DNA of 64,000 nt from Eledone cirrhosa (Eukaryota), in the NCBI GenBank assembly GCA_964016885.1, contig OZ024742.1, positions 332,630,001 through 332,694,000 on the forward strand, written 5' to 3'. Positions 13,753 through 27,045 of this stretch are shown here, in pieces (the first letter of the stretch is position 1; each line of letters opens with the position of its first letter). The position numbers and the translations under genes are program-made. The notes under the pieces are model-generated. The model had not been told where the DNA came from and did no database searches. It saw only the letters and a list, made by a program, of their open reading frames with translations.

Positions 13753-15657
13753 ATATAAGATCAAAAGATGGTTAAAGGAGTTCCATGTATTTTATTATGC
13801 GCATTTCAAAAACAAACATCATCATGCAATAATATTTGTGTTTTCATCAGATAAAACAGGAGAACATGATATGAAGGCTAAAAAACACTTGTGGATAGTG
13901 CAGTTTTAAATCAACATATGAAAAGTGGTTTTAGATTAATGTGTGATATTGGGAAAAATATTTTATTTAGAGAGGGGGGGGGGATGAAAAAGGGGAGGAG
14001 ATGAGAGGGAGAGATGGGTGATAGAGAGAAAGAGATAGTTTTTATAACTGAGAGAAGATATATTGTTTTACATAGAGAGGTTGAAAACCGTTGGAAGATA
14101 ATGTATAAATTAAAAGAATTTTAAAATTAGCGAAGGTAAAGATATGTACGAGGACAAAATATTTTATTTAGGGAGGGGGGGGTGGAAAGGATGAAAAAAG
14201 GGGGAGGAGATGAGAGTGAAGGTGGAGAGGGAGAGATGGGTGATAGAGAGAAAGAGATAGTTTTTATAACTGAGAAAAGATATATTGTTTTACATAGAGA
14301 GGTTGAGAACCGTTGGAAGATAATGTATAAATTAAAAGAATTTGAAAATTAGCGAAGGGAAAAATATTTGCGAGGAAAGAGAGGGAGTTTATGTATGAAG
14401 ATAGAGAGAAAAAAATAATAATTGTGGATGAATATTCTAACGTGAAAAAGGTGTATGTTGATAAGTATTGTGGCAATTTCAAAATTAACGAAGACAAAAA
14501 AAATTATTAAGGTTTGTGTGTAGAAGGATTTGAGAAAAATAATGTGAAGTTAAAGTTTGTATATTGAAGGAATTGATAATATGTGCGAAGAACGAGTTAA
14601 TATGTATTAAGAATGAGTTCGTTGATGGGGAGAAAAAAATAATAAATTAAGGATGAAATTGAGATTAAAAAGTTTTATGATAGAGAGAAAAAATAATAAT
14701 AATTGCGGATGAATATTCTAACGTCAAAAAAACAAATGTATATGTTATGAAGGATTTTACAAGGTGAAGATAGAAAGAGGGTAATGAGTAAACAAGTATT
14801 ATAGAGTGTATAATGCCCTTTAAAGTAAGGTAGGAAGATGGGTATATTTTAAAGAGGTGTATGTATATGTGCCTTTGAGAAAAGATTCTAAATTGATAAA
14901 GAATTGAATATTAACTGTATACTTTGTGAAAAGTCCTATGGAATTTATGCAGGCAGATAGAAAACAAATCTGTACGTCTATTTATTATAGAATCTAGATT
15001 AGAGATAATGGTAAATTTTTCATTTAGGCAGAGATTACAGATTTTAGATAGAGAGCTGTTCAAGTATGAGGATGCAGAAGAAACCTTCTTCCAAAAGATG
15101 GTATATTTAATGTTTTTATCTTTCAAGGACCATATGAGTTCTGAGAGAGCCGTGTTGGTTCTTTTAAGTTTGTATTTGAAAGATGAATGGTGATTATAGA
15201 GACGAGCTTTAAAAGAGGTGGAAGTGGAGCCAAAATAGGTGAAGGAATTGGTGCTAGTTATAACTTTACATTCATAAATTAAGTTTTTATCAAGACAATG
15301 GTTGTTGAGAGGACATTTATTTTTAATGCGGCAGTTGCAATTAGAGAGATTATTAATGAGTGACCTAGTGTTATCTATAGAAGGAATTGGATTGGAGAAG
15401 TTGTTTGCGATAGGAATAATAGGAATAATAGTTTCTTGATTTAGAGTTGGATTATGAACATTTAGCGAAGTTGTGTTTGACGTTGTATTTGGGTTTACAG
15501 AAGTTAGCCTAGGGTTTACAATGACGTCGGGAGTACTATTACTGTTATTATGAAATTCAATGTTGGAAGGAAGAGATTTAGTATTTAGTATTTTATTGTT
15601 GTGTTTAGAGATGATGTTGGAAATATTGGAGGATGTAGAATAAGAAAATTTGACTAG
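13753..15657 (-). mobile_element. 5'-truncated Penelope-like element (Naiad-like): GIY-YIG region 15657-14911, 3' UTR with an internal ~200-bp duplication, HHR terminus at (TA)n
   Basis: Minus: VKFSYSTSSNISNIISKHNNK..CNCRIKNKCPLNNHCLDKNLIYECKV..TYFGSTSTSFKARLYNHHSSF..TALSELIWSLKD..ICNLCLNEK..NRRTDLFSICLH. Confidence 0.9.
13790..13856 (-). ncRNA. Type-I hammerhead ribozyme (PLE terminal repeat)
   Basis: Minus: ttttat-CTGATGA-aaacacaaatattattgcatgatgatgtttgtttt-GAAA-tgcgca-TA-ataaaa; 6-bp stem I, palindromic stem III. Confidence 0.8.
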
Positions 15658-15830
15658 ATCTTCAAATATTAGCTTTTAAAAAATGATTAATCCTCCTTGT
15701 ATATATTTCATTAAAGAAATATATTTCACTACAAGTCCGTAAAGTGATTACACACTTTACAAATCATCCCCTCTGATTGTTTCATGTGTTTATTTAAAAT
15801 ATATATATATATATGTCACATGGAGGCACA

Positions 15831-16175
15831 TGGAGGCATATAGCAGTGGTTAGAGCATTTGCCTTGCAATCGAAAGGTTGTGAGTTCAATTCTCAGACCG
15901 GTTGATGTGTTGTTTCGTTGAGCAAGACACTTTATTTCACATTGCTCCAGTTTACCCAGCTGTAGAAATGAGATGATAGGGACTGGGGTCCATATCATTC
16001 CACTGCAAAGTGGTCGTGCAGGTGCCACGGCAAAAAAGCACCCAACACTCACTCTAAATGAGGTTGGTGTTAGGAAGGGCATCCAGCTGTAGAAATCAAG
16101 CCAGAATCAGTTCCCGTTCCATCCTTGCAAGCAGGGAAAAGCGGACATAAAATGAAATGATGATGAATGATGATG
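15831..16175 (+). mobile_element. tRNA-derived CORE-like SINE with RTE-like 3' end and (ATG)n tail
   Basis: A/B boxes (tagcagtggttag, gagttcaattc), ttgagcaagacactttatttcacattgctccag domain, ttggtgttaggaagggcatccagc 3' part. Confidence 0.8.
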
Positions 16176-16310
16176 TCAATCAATTTCTAGTTGATATAAA
16201 ATGCTCGGATCTATTCATTGGAATCTTTGGAATCTTTGAGCTTATTCTACAGTGGATATGGCGCATGTCTCGGACATGACTCCTTTAATGTAATTTAAAT
16301 AAATCTATTT

Positions 16311-16381
<71 letters not shown>

Positions 16382-16410
16382 TCAAAAGATGGTTAAAAGA
16401 ATTCCATGTA

Positions 16411-16477
16411 TTTTATTATGCGCATTTCAAAAATAAACATCATCATGCAATAACATTTACGTTTTCGTCAGATAAAA
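16411..16477 (-). ncRNA. Second copy of the 13790 hammerhead (CUGACGA core)
   Basis: Minus: ttttat-CTGACGA-aaacgtaaatgttattgcatgatgatgtttatttt-GAAA-tgcgca-TA-ataaaa, within repeat 16378-16545. Confidence 0.8.
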
Positions 16478-17083
16478 TAGGGAGACATGATATGAAGTTT
16501 AAAACACACTTGTGAATAGTGCAGTCTTAAATCAACATATGAAGATGTGTTCATTGAAGATGTGTTCTTTACCGGGAATTTTCTCAATCGTACTTGTACG
16601 AGGATCATCTGTCCCAAAGCTGCCTACTATATTTTTTTCACTTCCTCAATATATTTCTCTCTCCCATATCTCCTTCTCTCTCTATCTCGCTCTGTTGTTT
16701 TTCTTTACATACATCTCTCCATCTTCTTCTTTTTATCTTCGTTTTTCTTCGTCCTTCTTTCTCTATAACTGTCCTCAACAGTTTCACTACCAAATCAACT
16801 TTTTAAATGGAAGTTGCATTATTCTAAGGTATGTCAAAATTATTTATAAAACAGCTTATATATTGTATTTTGTCTGAGGAAGGCATACCATATTTTTAAT
16901 ATGATATCCCTGAAATATATATAACGAAATAAATATGGTTTTATAAATATAGTTTCCATTTGTTTAATATCGTAAACCTACTCCAAAAACTGTTGAGTGC
17001 TTTTATATCAGTTATAAAATATTTACTCGTTGTAACCCAACAATTTTAAATAAATCTTTTGCATATATATATATATATATATA

Positions 17084-17513
17084 TTAGAAAGTGAGTTTTT
17101 TTACAAAATGAAAAATAACCGAGGGGTCCTACACGAGTGAAAGTATAAAGAAAAAAAGATGAAATCGACAATACAACTGGAGTCTCATTTAAAAAAAAAT
17201 ATATATGTTTATTTGGTTCCTTTACCGGTTTTCCAGGTCATCTGCTTTTCAAAAGTAGAATTGAGATGGAGGGTCTGTGGTTTTTCTCACATCTGATGTG
17301 AGAAAAACCACATAAAAACCACAGACCCTCCATCTCAACCCTACTTTTGAAAAGCAGAAGAACTGCGAAACCGGTAAAGGAACCAAATAAATATATATAT
17401 TTTTTTTAGTAAAACTCCAGTTGCATTTTCGATTTCATCTTTCTTTCTTTATACTTTCACTCGTGTAGGACCCCTCGGTTATTTTTCATTTTGTAAAAAA
17501 CCTCACTTTCTAA
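17084..17513. repeat. 430-bp foldback element with ~200-bp arms, flanked on both sides by (TA)n
   Basis: ttagaaagtgag..aaataaccgaggggtcctacacgagtgaaag is the reverse complement of ctttcactcgtgtaggacccctcggttattt..ctcactttctaa; central hairpin tttttctcacatc t gatgtgagaaaaa. Confidence 0.95.
17344..17379 (+). ncRNA. Minimal hammerhead motif with U3-A8 core variant in the foldback arm
   Basis: ctt-TTGAAAA-gcag aagaa ctgc-GAAA-ccgg-TA-aag, followed by aaataaa; mutated mirror copy in the left arm. Confidence 0.6.
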
Positions 17514-17519
17514 TATATA

Positions 17520-18169
17520 TATATATATATAAAACGGTAGATGTCTGTGTGTGTGTGTATGATTTTTATGCATTTCCACATTTCTCTACCGATTTTGATG
17601 ATTTTATTAACGAGCAGCTGATTGAGAAAATTCCCGGTAAAGAACACATCTTCAAATCTATCGACCGGACGTCAGACCCCAACGGTATCGTTAATTATCC
17701 GGTTGAGCTATTAAATTCCCTTGAGACCCCAGGGCTCCCACCTCACATTCTTAAGCTTAGGGTTGGCTGTCCCATTATGTTAATAACGAACTTGCGTCCA
17801 CCAAAGCAGTGCAACGGTATCCGCATGGTCGTCAAGTCACTGATGCTCCACTTGATTGAGGCCACGATTGTAACGGGGTGCGGGAGAGGGGAGAATGTTT
17901 TCATTCCAAGGATGAACCTTTTCCCCTCGGCGTCAGATATCCCGTTCGATTTCCGGCGATCCCAATTTCCGGTGAGACCATGTTTTTCCATGTCCATTAA
18001 CAAGTCACAAGGGCAAACAATGTCGGTGGCGGGCATCCATTTGGTGGAACCATGCGTCTCCCATGGCCAACTTTATGTTGCCTGTTCCCGCGTAGGGAGC
18101 AGGAATGGACTTTTTGCTTACACTTCTCAAGGGATGACACGCAATATCGTCTACAAAGAGGTGCTATAG
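17520..18169 (+). mobile_element. Internally deleted Helitron: 5' end fused to the C-terminal PIF1-like helicase part of RepHel
   Basis: tatatataaaacggtagatgtctgtgtgtg..accgattttgatga Helitron-like 5' end; ORF with YPVELLNSLETPGLPPHILKLRVGCPIML, QFPVRPCFSMSINKSQGQT, SHGQLYVACSRV, TRNIVYKEVL*. Confidence 0.9.
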
Positions 18170-18247
18170 ATGTTGGTGCAGGTGTTGGAAGTGTTGGATC
18201 TATGCCGTCTGGAAAACTGGTAGGGTCACCCATAGCGGACAGATCTG

Positions 18248-18447
18248 ATGACCACGAAGGCAGAGCTCAAGCCGTTTCGACAGCTAATTCCATTTAGTCC
18301 AGAATTAGCCGGGGTCATACATGAATTAGCCGGGGTCATACTTGAATTAGCCGGGGTCATACTTGTTTCTAATACCCACTCTACCACCTTAAGTATTGAG
18401 TATTTTGGTGCGTTTTGGTCCATCTGGTTCCTTACCACAATTCCTTC

Positions 18448-18452
<5 letters not shown>
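18248..18452 (+). repeat. Small hairpin-headed dispersed element (family copy 1) with three tandem 22-bp repeats
   Basis: Shares ggcagagctcaagccgtttcgac and the tail ..ggtccatctggttccttaccacaa.tccttcgtt with 57836-58030; gaattagccggggtcatac x3. Confidence 0.75.
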
Positions 18453-18488
<36 letters not shown>

Positions 18489-18560
18489 CTTTGAATAACT
18501 TTGAAATGTTTTGGCCAGTATTGGCCCAGGCCATGTCTAACTTAATAGCACCACCTGGCA

Positions 18561-18642
<82 letters not shown>

Positions 18643-18649
18643 CATATAT

Positions 18650-18842
18650 GAAATGTTTCAGGACCCGACGGTTGAGCTGCGGCTGTTTCGACAGTTAGAC
18701 ACGAACTAGCTGTCGAAACGGCCTGAGCTCATCCGTTGGGGTCCTGAATCTGTTTATATTGCCGACTCTATCACACCAAGTCTAAATATCGAGTACTCTG
18801 GTGGGTTATGGCCAACCTAGTATCTTACCACACCCTCTCTGA
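18650..18842 (+). repeat. Small hairpin-headed dispersed element (diverged family copy 2) between (TA)n tracts
   Basis: ttcaggacccgacggttgagct..gtttcgacagttag / ctagctgtcgaaac..agctcatccgttggggtcctgaa foldback, then a tail ending cttaccacac. Confidence 0.7.
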
Positions 18843-18851
18843 TATATATAT

Positions 18852-18944
<93 letters not shown>

Positions 18945-18949
<5 letters not shown>

Positions 18950-19020
18950 GTTATTGAGACATGAGTCATGATTAAAATGATTGGAAATTTATACCATGCC
19001 TTCGCATCTTTATTTTGATA

Positions 19021-19064
<44 letters not shown>

Positions 19065-19153
19065 TATATATATAAATATATCAAATTAAAGATTCGAAGG
19101 CATGGTATAAATTTCCAATCATTTTAATCATGACTCATGTCTCAATAACAGAT
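18945..19153. repeat. Tail-to-tail ~80-bp inverted repeat around a (TA)n spacer
   Basis: tatctgttattgagacatgagtcatgattaaaatgattggaaatttataccatgccttcg and its reverse complement at 19073-19153. Confidence 0.9.
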
Positions 19154-22120
19154 AGATCGATCGTGTAGCCATGATCGATTATCACTGATCACGTCAGGTG
19201 AAAATGAATTGTCTTCAAATCCTTGATATGAGGGAGAAAATTAACGGTGTTCACTCACAGAGTTTAGTCCACCATATGAAGATCAAGCAGTCAAAACATG
19301 GCGACTGCTATCGTCCTCAGTTAGGGTCATAAAACTCTCAAGTCTCTATCTCCCAATAGCTGTAAAGGATGCTGGACATCAATCAAATTTGTAGAATTAC
19401 AGTCAGGCACAGTTAATGTGAGTAGGTACACACACGCTCACACACACACGACGCGAGGTCAACGAAAAAAAATATATATACATATACCAACATAGCATCA
19501 CATTTGTAGAACTATAGACGGTCACAGTTAGTGTGAGTGAGTATACACACACTCACACACACCGCCACGAGCTCAAAGAAGAAATATAAATTACCAACAT
19601 AGTATCCACCGAAAGTTAGTTTACAAAACAACAAATGTTATATTGGTCAAATCACAATTTGACGATGTAAATTTGAAAAATTGTGTCAACTGCAACCTGA
19701 TACACACGCAAGTAAGTTCAGTTCAATGTTCTGCTATACGTGTATAGATTGAATTGTAACATCCGTATCTCCAAATAGTGTATGTTATGTTATATACACA
19801 TTCGTATCGTCCAAAAAAGTGTATGTTTAGGTATATACACATCCATGTGAAGAGCAAGTAGTCAGCTCATATCGAACTCAGTATGTGCCGTTGTCCCATT
19901 GAGAATCTGAATCCCCCAAATCTGTGCATACTAGCAACCGATATGTAGGCCACCAAGGGGCTCTGTGTAGGGTTGGGTATTTGGGTTAAGGTGTCAGTAT
20001 GTGCGATTTCCCTTCATATGGGCCCTTGGGCTTTTAAGATAGGTGTTTGAGTGGTGGAGGTGTGTTATCCAACACAAAAGGCAGAATAAAATAACAAAGA
20101 ATAGCAAAACCCAGACAATGTGTGTAGGCTCATTAATGGTGTGTAAGTATTATTGTCCAATCTGTAACCGTGAGGACTCCATGGTTATATGATCACGGAT
20201 CAAAACCTAGTGTAGTCTTCAATCGATAGGAACGTTACCAGTAATAACTGTGGGGACTCAGTGACTAAAGAAACCGGGTACTGTGTGTAGAATTATGTAT
20301 AGAGACCGTAATTAGTCTTAACTGAGTGTGTAATACGTCTAGCTATATCCTAACCGAGAGAACTCAATGGTTAGTGCATCCTAAAGTAATGGTGAAAGCG
20401 CGTCCCCGGTCTTACCTGAGCGTGTAATCATTCTAACTATTTACTAACTAGGTATTCTAATGTGCACTCAGCTGTGATAACTCTGTGGAAACAGGCCGAG
20501 TACCGTTTGTAAGTGCGCAAACCAGCTTAGCTGTCTAACTACCTGAGTGTGTCATTGTCTGTTGTTTGCTAATTGAGAGAACTCTATGGCTAAGGTAGAG
20601 AGGGAGGAGTAAGTGGTAAGTTACTTTCCAAAAATCCCGTGGAAGGTTTTCGAGGTTCTATGTCGGCAGTTGCTGAAAATATCCCCTCTCCTATTGATTA
20701 ATAGGGAGCCGCCTCTAATAATATTAAAGGTTTCAGCTATACATAAATTACCGACGCCAGTGCTGCCGTTATATGGCTGGGCTGAGCAAATTATGGACCA
20801 GGATAAGGAGTGCTCTATATGCTGTTGTTTAGAGCTTCCAGACTAATTCAGAAAGCGCCGTGCTATTTTTTATCTAATCTATTAAAGGTATGGCAGTGAT
20901 TATACCATCTATCCTTAAATTCAGTGACACTTGCCCCAACATACCTGAAGGTTCCCTCTAAAGTGGAGACCTTACAGTCGTAGACTATTATTTGGTGAGG
21001 CATTTCCCAGCCATGGGGCAAGTGGCGGTGTTCCTGCAATTACATTTTCTGTTATCGACCTGGGTAGTTCCAGAGGAAGCACGGTATCTCTGGGTTCGGG
21101 TCTCAGTTCTTGTCTGTTCTATGGGTAAGTTCCCAGGAGTTGGGGTGACCCGACTCGCCTCACGTGTATGAGTCCGTTCATCCATAGAGCTGCCATTAGT
21201 TCTGCCATGTCAACCGCCTCTTGGGCTGTCCTAAGTCTACTATAATTCATCTTAGCTATATTCTGAGCTATGTTACTGGTTGTGGAGTAGGACAGCTTAA
21301 TGCTATTCCTATTGATTATTTTATAGTATCTGTGTGATCTAGGGAAGCATTTGTCTAAGGCTCTAAAGAAAAGCTTAGCTATACTAGTGGTCAGGCCAGT
21401 GGAGTAAGGGGGGTTATACCACAGGATTTTTCTGGTCCGATACCTCTTGTTCTTGCTATCTATGCTGGAGTTACTTGTCTCCCTAGTAGCTACTGGTCTA
21501 TTGTAACTGAAAACTGCCTGTGGGTCGATGGTGTCCTGGGGTGTCCCGATTGTGTTCGGAATCGTCCCATGTCTCCGGGGCGGTTTACCTCTTGTGCAGC
21601 CATTGGAATTACCCTCGATAGCCGGGGTTATATCCACTATGCGCCTGCTACATTTATCCCTATTCCCTCTACCCGACCCTCGTTCCAATTTACGTTCAAC
21701 GATTATTTTATCAGTTCTACAATTAAGGTTACAATTAGAGTTTCCGCTGGCATTATGGTGCTCAGACTCCGTGTTTGTACCTGGGTAATTGTTTCCATTG
21801 GTACCATCGACATTGGGACTAGGAGGCAATACAACGTGAAGTCTATATTCACCCTCCCTCGCATCCCGCCTGCTGTTAACTAAGGTGTCACTATTTTGGC
21901 CTAAGCTATCGCAGGCAATCTTGCTACTACTATTTAATGGACGATTGAATGAGATTCCCTCGCTATGCCCCGCGCGTTCCAGGCCGCTATTATAGTAATT
22001 CGAGATCCTATCAGAGGTATCTTCATTGGAAGATAGTCCTAAAATTCTACTATAGACGCTTTTGGTAATGCCGTTAGTGACTATTCTCGGGTGGTTCGAT
22101 TTTGCGTTGACATAATTTTA
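19073..22120 (-). mobile_element. 5'-truncated Penelope-like element (Naiad-like): thumb, linker and GIY-YIG about 22120-20620, long 3' region ending at (TA)n
   Basis: NYVNAKSNHPRIV..RILGLSSNE; RKILWYNPPYS..LDKCFPRSHRYYKIINRNSIKLSYS; CNCRNTATCPMAGKCL; FKDRWYNHCHTF; NLCIAE..NRRGDIFSNCRH; frameshifts. Inclusion of 19073-20600 as UTR is inferred. Confidence 0.85.
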
Positions 22121-22189
22121 ATAACCTTTGAGCTAGAGCAGCTAAGATGAAGCCTTCACTCATAACCTTTAGCTCTGAGCTTTATAACA

Positions 22190-22560
22190 ATTAATAGGAG
22201 GGCTTCTGCTCAACATCAGCTTGTTTGCTACGGGCCACATATTTGTCAATCCGAGGTTCGTGCATCCACCTTGCTGCTAGTTGTTCATGCCCTTTTTTCT
22301 TACCCAGTATTCTTACTTCCTTTGCAACAACAGTTCCCCCAATTCCCTTGGTCTGTGCAACAGGGATATCAGTCAGGAAATCAGTAGTAATTTTTATTTT
22401 GGTCTCATTTAAAACAAAATGCATCTTCTTAATCTCATGTTTTTCTACGAGATTCAGCATCCTGTCGTTGGCTCTTTCAAATCATTTGGCCAGTCCTGTT
22501 GTGGTGGTTTTCTACGAACGTTCAAACTCGATCATCATCATCTTCATTGTTATTACTTTA
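22190..22560 (-). mobile_element. Degraded RLE-type LINE fragment (R4/Dong-like post-RT region)
   Basis: KTTTTGLAK..DRMLNLVEKHE..LAARWMHEPRIDKYVARSKQADVEQ resembles the post-RT region of R4-like elements. Confidence 0.5.
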
Positions 22561-24201
22561 AACTTCCTTTCAGCACTGCTTCTTTCCCATATCTTGCCTA
22601 GTGTCAACCTGGAACCTGAAACAAATTTGGTAATACTCAAATTGTATAATCTATTGTCATACAATTGATGCCACAAGGGCAGAAACCAGTGTAAATGTCT
22701 TTTAAATTGATAATGCCTTTCTCAGAGTATAGACAGTGGCACTCAGCACTATTTCCTGTAACTCTTGCAGAGAAATAAAAGTGGATGGTATCACTAAAAA
22801 CGGCCGATGCAATAGATTTGGAATGATTTGTTGATAAATAGCAACAACTACTACTATTGCAAATAAGCAGCAACCGTTAGGCACCAAATGATTTTGCTCT
22901 ATGATGTTCACATCCGCATCTAACTGTATCCCAATCTGCAGATATACATCAACAAGTCATATCGAAAAAATAACTTGTCCAGACGAGAGCTATGCGTCTG
23001 TCAATCAACATACATCTTTAGACCAGTTTTTTTCAAACATGTGTGGCCTAACTTCAGAAACACACATTTTAACCAAAAATCCTTAACAAAACTGATAGGA
23101 TTCCAAGCGGAAATTATCGTTTATTATAATTCATATTGTTGGTGCTAGATTCCTGTTCTTTCATGTAAAGATGCGGATGTTGCATTTATATAATTGTGCT
23201 TTTTGTTATGTAAGGATTCAATGATGTATGCTGTTCATTTGATGAAACACTATAATGCAATGAATACATTAAATAATTGATCGGCAATGAAGCGAGAAAT
23301 GATTTCTTAAAATGTATATAATGAAATAATTGTGAGATAACCTTCTGTAACATTCTACAGTTGAATGTTTTCTGTTCGCTCCAGATGCTCACTTGTACCG
23401 GCACTCACTCAAGTTGCTGACATAAAAATCTCCATCCCAGGGTGACATTTGTGTCCTGGTGTCGCTACTGGCTTTGATCGAAACATCCCCTCGTTCCACA
23501 AATGTGCTTCTCACAATCACAGTGTGTAATATCAAAACTATATCGGATACATCCCCTGGGTGAACGAGGGCCTCAAAGTCCCCAAGGTATGCAAATTAAA
23601 AAACAATTGAAATAACATCATTTGATCTCTTCATTATCATACTCAGTTTATTTGGTGTTTGCCCCGGCAACGGAATAATCTTACGCCTTGGCCTACGCGT
23701 GTGGGAAACACACAAGTGTCGTTGAACAGTCAACGATATCGAACTTCACTCGATCTCTAGGGTCCAATATCAATATCGGTTACCTAAAAAATCTGATCTG
23801 AGCGTAACCAGACGTTACCTAGAGGTGACTTGCTTATCGTCAGAGTTGGAGCATGTCGACCTCGACCACGGTGTCGGTAGATGCCAAGATGGATTAACAC
23901 TTCTCTCATTGGAAGGGACTAAACTACTAATATGAGATGCCTTCTCCGATATAAAACATCGAGTCGTTCAGAAATCAGTGGAAAGCCACCCGTAGCGGAG
24001 AAGAGCGGAAAATACCAAAATACCGGACTTTGATCTAAAGTAGCCACAGTTTAGAGTTTGGTACAATTTTCACATTGATACTTAATATTATAATTGACAC
24101 CATTTCATGTTGTGCTGGTTACGATCGGCACACCCTTTTTTCCGGATCAAAGACTGGCATTTTCCTTCGTAAAATCAGGAAATGAGCATCGCGCCTGGCG
24201 A

Positions 24202-24401
24202 NNNNNNNNNNNNNNNNNNNNNNNNNNNNNNNNNNNNNNNNNNNNNNNNNNNNNNNNNNNNNNNNNNNNNNNNNNNNNNNNNNNNNNNNNNNNNNNNNNN
24301 NNNNNNNNNNNNNNNNNNNNNNNNNNNNNNNNNNNNNNNNNNNNNNNNNNNNNNNNNNNNNNNNNNNNNNNNNNNNNNNNNNNNNNNNNNNNNNNNNNNN
24401 N
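24202..24401. other. Assembly gap (200 N)
   Basis: Run of n. Confidence 1.
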
Positions 24402-25642
<1,241 letters not shown>

Positions 25643-25791
25643 AGAATTAAAATACTAGAGTGTGTTGGAGTTAAACACCCTCTTCGTATTATAGAAATGA
25701 CAGTAAAGTTATAGCTCAATATAATTAAACAGAGCCGAAGAATTATGAAAATAAACCAAAGAAGCCTTCAATACATCAAAAGTCTTTATTA

Positions 25792-25829
25792 GCCAACAAT
25801 GTTTCGTCCTATTAAGGACTCATCAGGGC
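25792..25829 (-). ncRNA. Minimal type-I hammerhead ribozyme
   Basis: Minus: gcc-CTGATGA-gtcct taat aggac-GAAA-cattg-TT-ggc then taataaa; perfect core and 5-bp stem II. Confidence 0.8.
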
Positions 25830-26284
25830 AATTAAAGTTATAAGAGCACTATCGGCCAATACAAGCCCAAAACTCAGAAGAATATGGAGTGTACATACAT
25901 TAAATCATAGGAAGATTATCGGGTAAAAATTATCAAGTAAAAATTGCTAAGGAAGTGAATAACATTTTGAACCATATTACAAATATAGTAAAATGCAAAA
26001 ACTAAAGCTAAACAAAGGTGGTGATATAGAGCGGGAATTATTGTACTATATATAATATAATATAATATAATATAATTGATAATGACAATAATAATAATAA
26101 TATTAAAAGGCCCAGATAGAATGAAATACAAACACCTATGTTGCTGTGGTGTCAACCTGAAGGCGAGAGACCCTTTTATATCTTTCACCTACTCTTCGCA
26201 GCTATCATATCGCTGAATCAATGTTTTAATGCTTTAGCTCTGTCTATCTCTCTCTCATCCCACCCCCCATCTTTTTTCTCTCTA

Positions 26285-26326
<42 letters not shown>

Positions 26327-26459
26327 ACCCTCTCTCTCTCTTTCTCAAACACACACTATCTCTATTACACTACTACAATCACACCTGCTCATTTCCCTTT
26401 CTTCTATTTCTGTATAAAAGTCAGTCATAGAAACTTTTATGAAGAAACATTCTGGAACT

Positions 26460-26700
26460 ATACATAAGTATATTCATTAAACAGTGTCTTTTTGCTTATA
26501 CGACTGGAATAATTGCTACTTACATTGCAGGTCACGCCATTGTCTGCTGGAAGTCTGTAGAAATGTAAAATTCCGTATACAGCACTAGTATAGAAATCGC
26601 TCAGAGAGAAATTAGCTACGATCACTATAGTTTCTCCTGTATAGACATACATTTGGTGATGGAGGTTCATATCCCATAATGTGTAGTTCCGAGACATATT
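26460..26700 (-). mobile_element. Possible degraded PLE GIY-YIG C-terminus upstream of the 25792 HHR
   Basis: YVYTGET and YGILHFYRLP..LFN weakly resemble a PLE endonuclease C-terminus. Confidence 0.35.
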
Positions 26701-26909
26701 TCCAAAAGCATGACAATAGCTTTTTATGGAAGAGTTAATTAACAGGACGCTGCAGGTGCTAATACATGATCATGTCAGCCATCAATAATTACGAATCAGA
26801 TGTTATTAGATTTAATTAAAGTATATATATTTCATAGGTGCGAGTTCGAATTACTGTCCTGATTAAAATATAGTCTTACATTTTGTAAGTGAAGCGTATT
26901 TCTGCAGAG

Positions 26910-27045
26910 CCGGTGAATTGGCAGAGTCGCTAGAACGTCGGATAGAATGTTTGATGTTATTCCTTCCGGTTCTCTGCCTTTGAGTTCAAATCCCACCGAG
27001 ATGAAACTTTGCCTTTCCTCCTTTCGGAGTCGATTCTTTTCTGGG
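26910..27045 (+). mobile_element. MetaSINE-like SINE copy
   Basis: cggtgaattggcagagtcgctagaacg..gagttcaaatcccaccgag..tttgcctttc..tttcggagtcgat. Confidence 0.75.

Noticed and set aside
23400-24201. Moderately GC-richer unique sequence before the gap
   Set aside because: No ORF or motif I can assign
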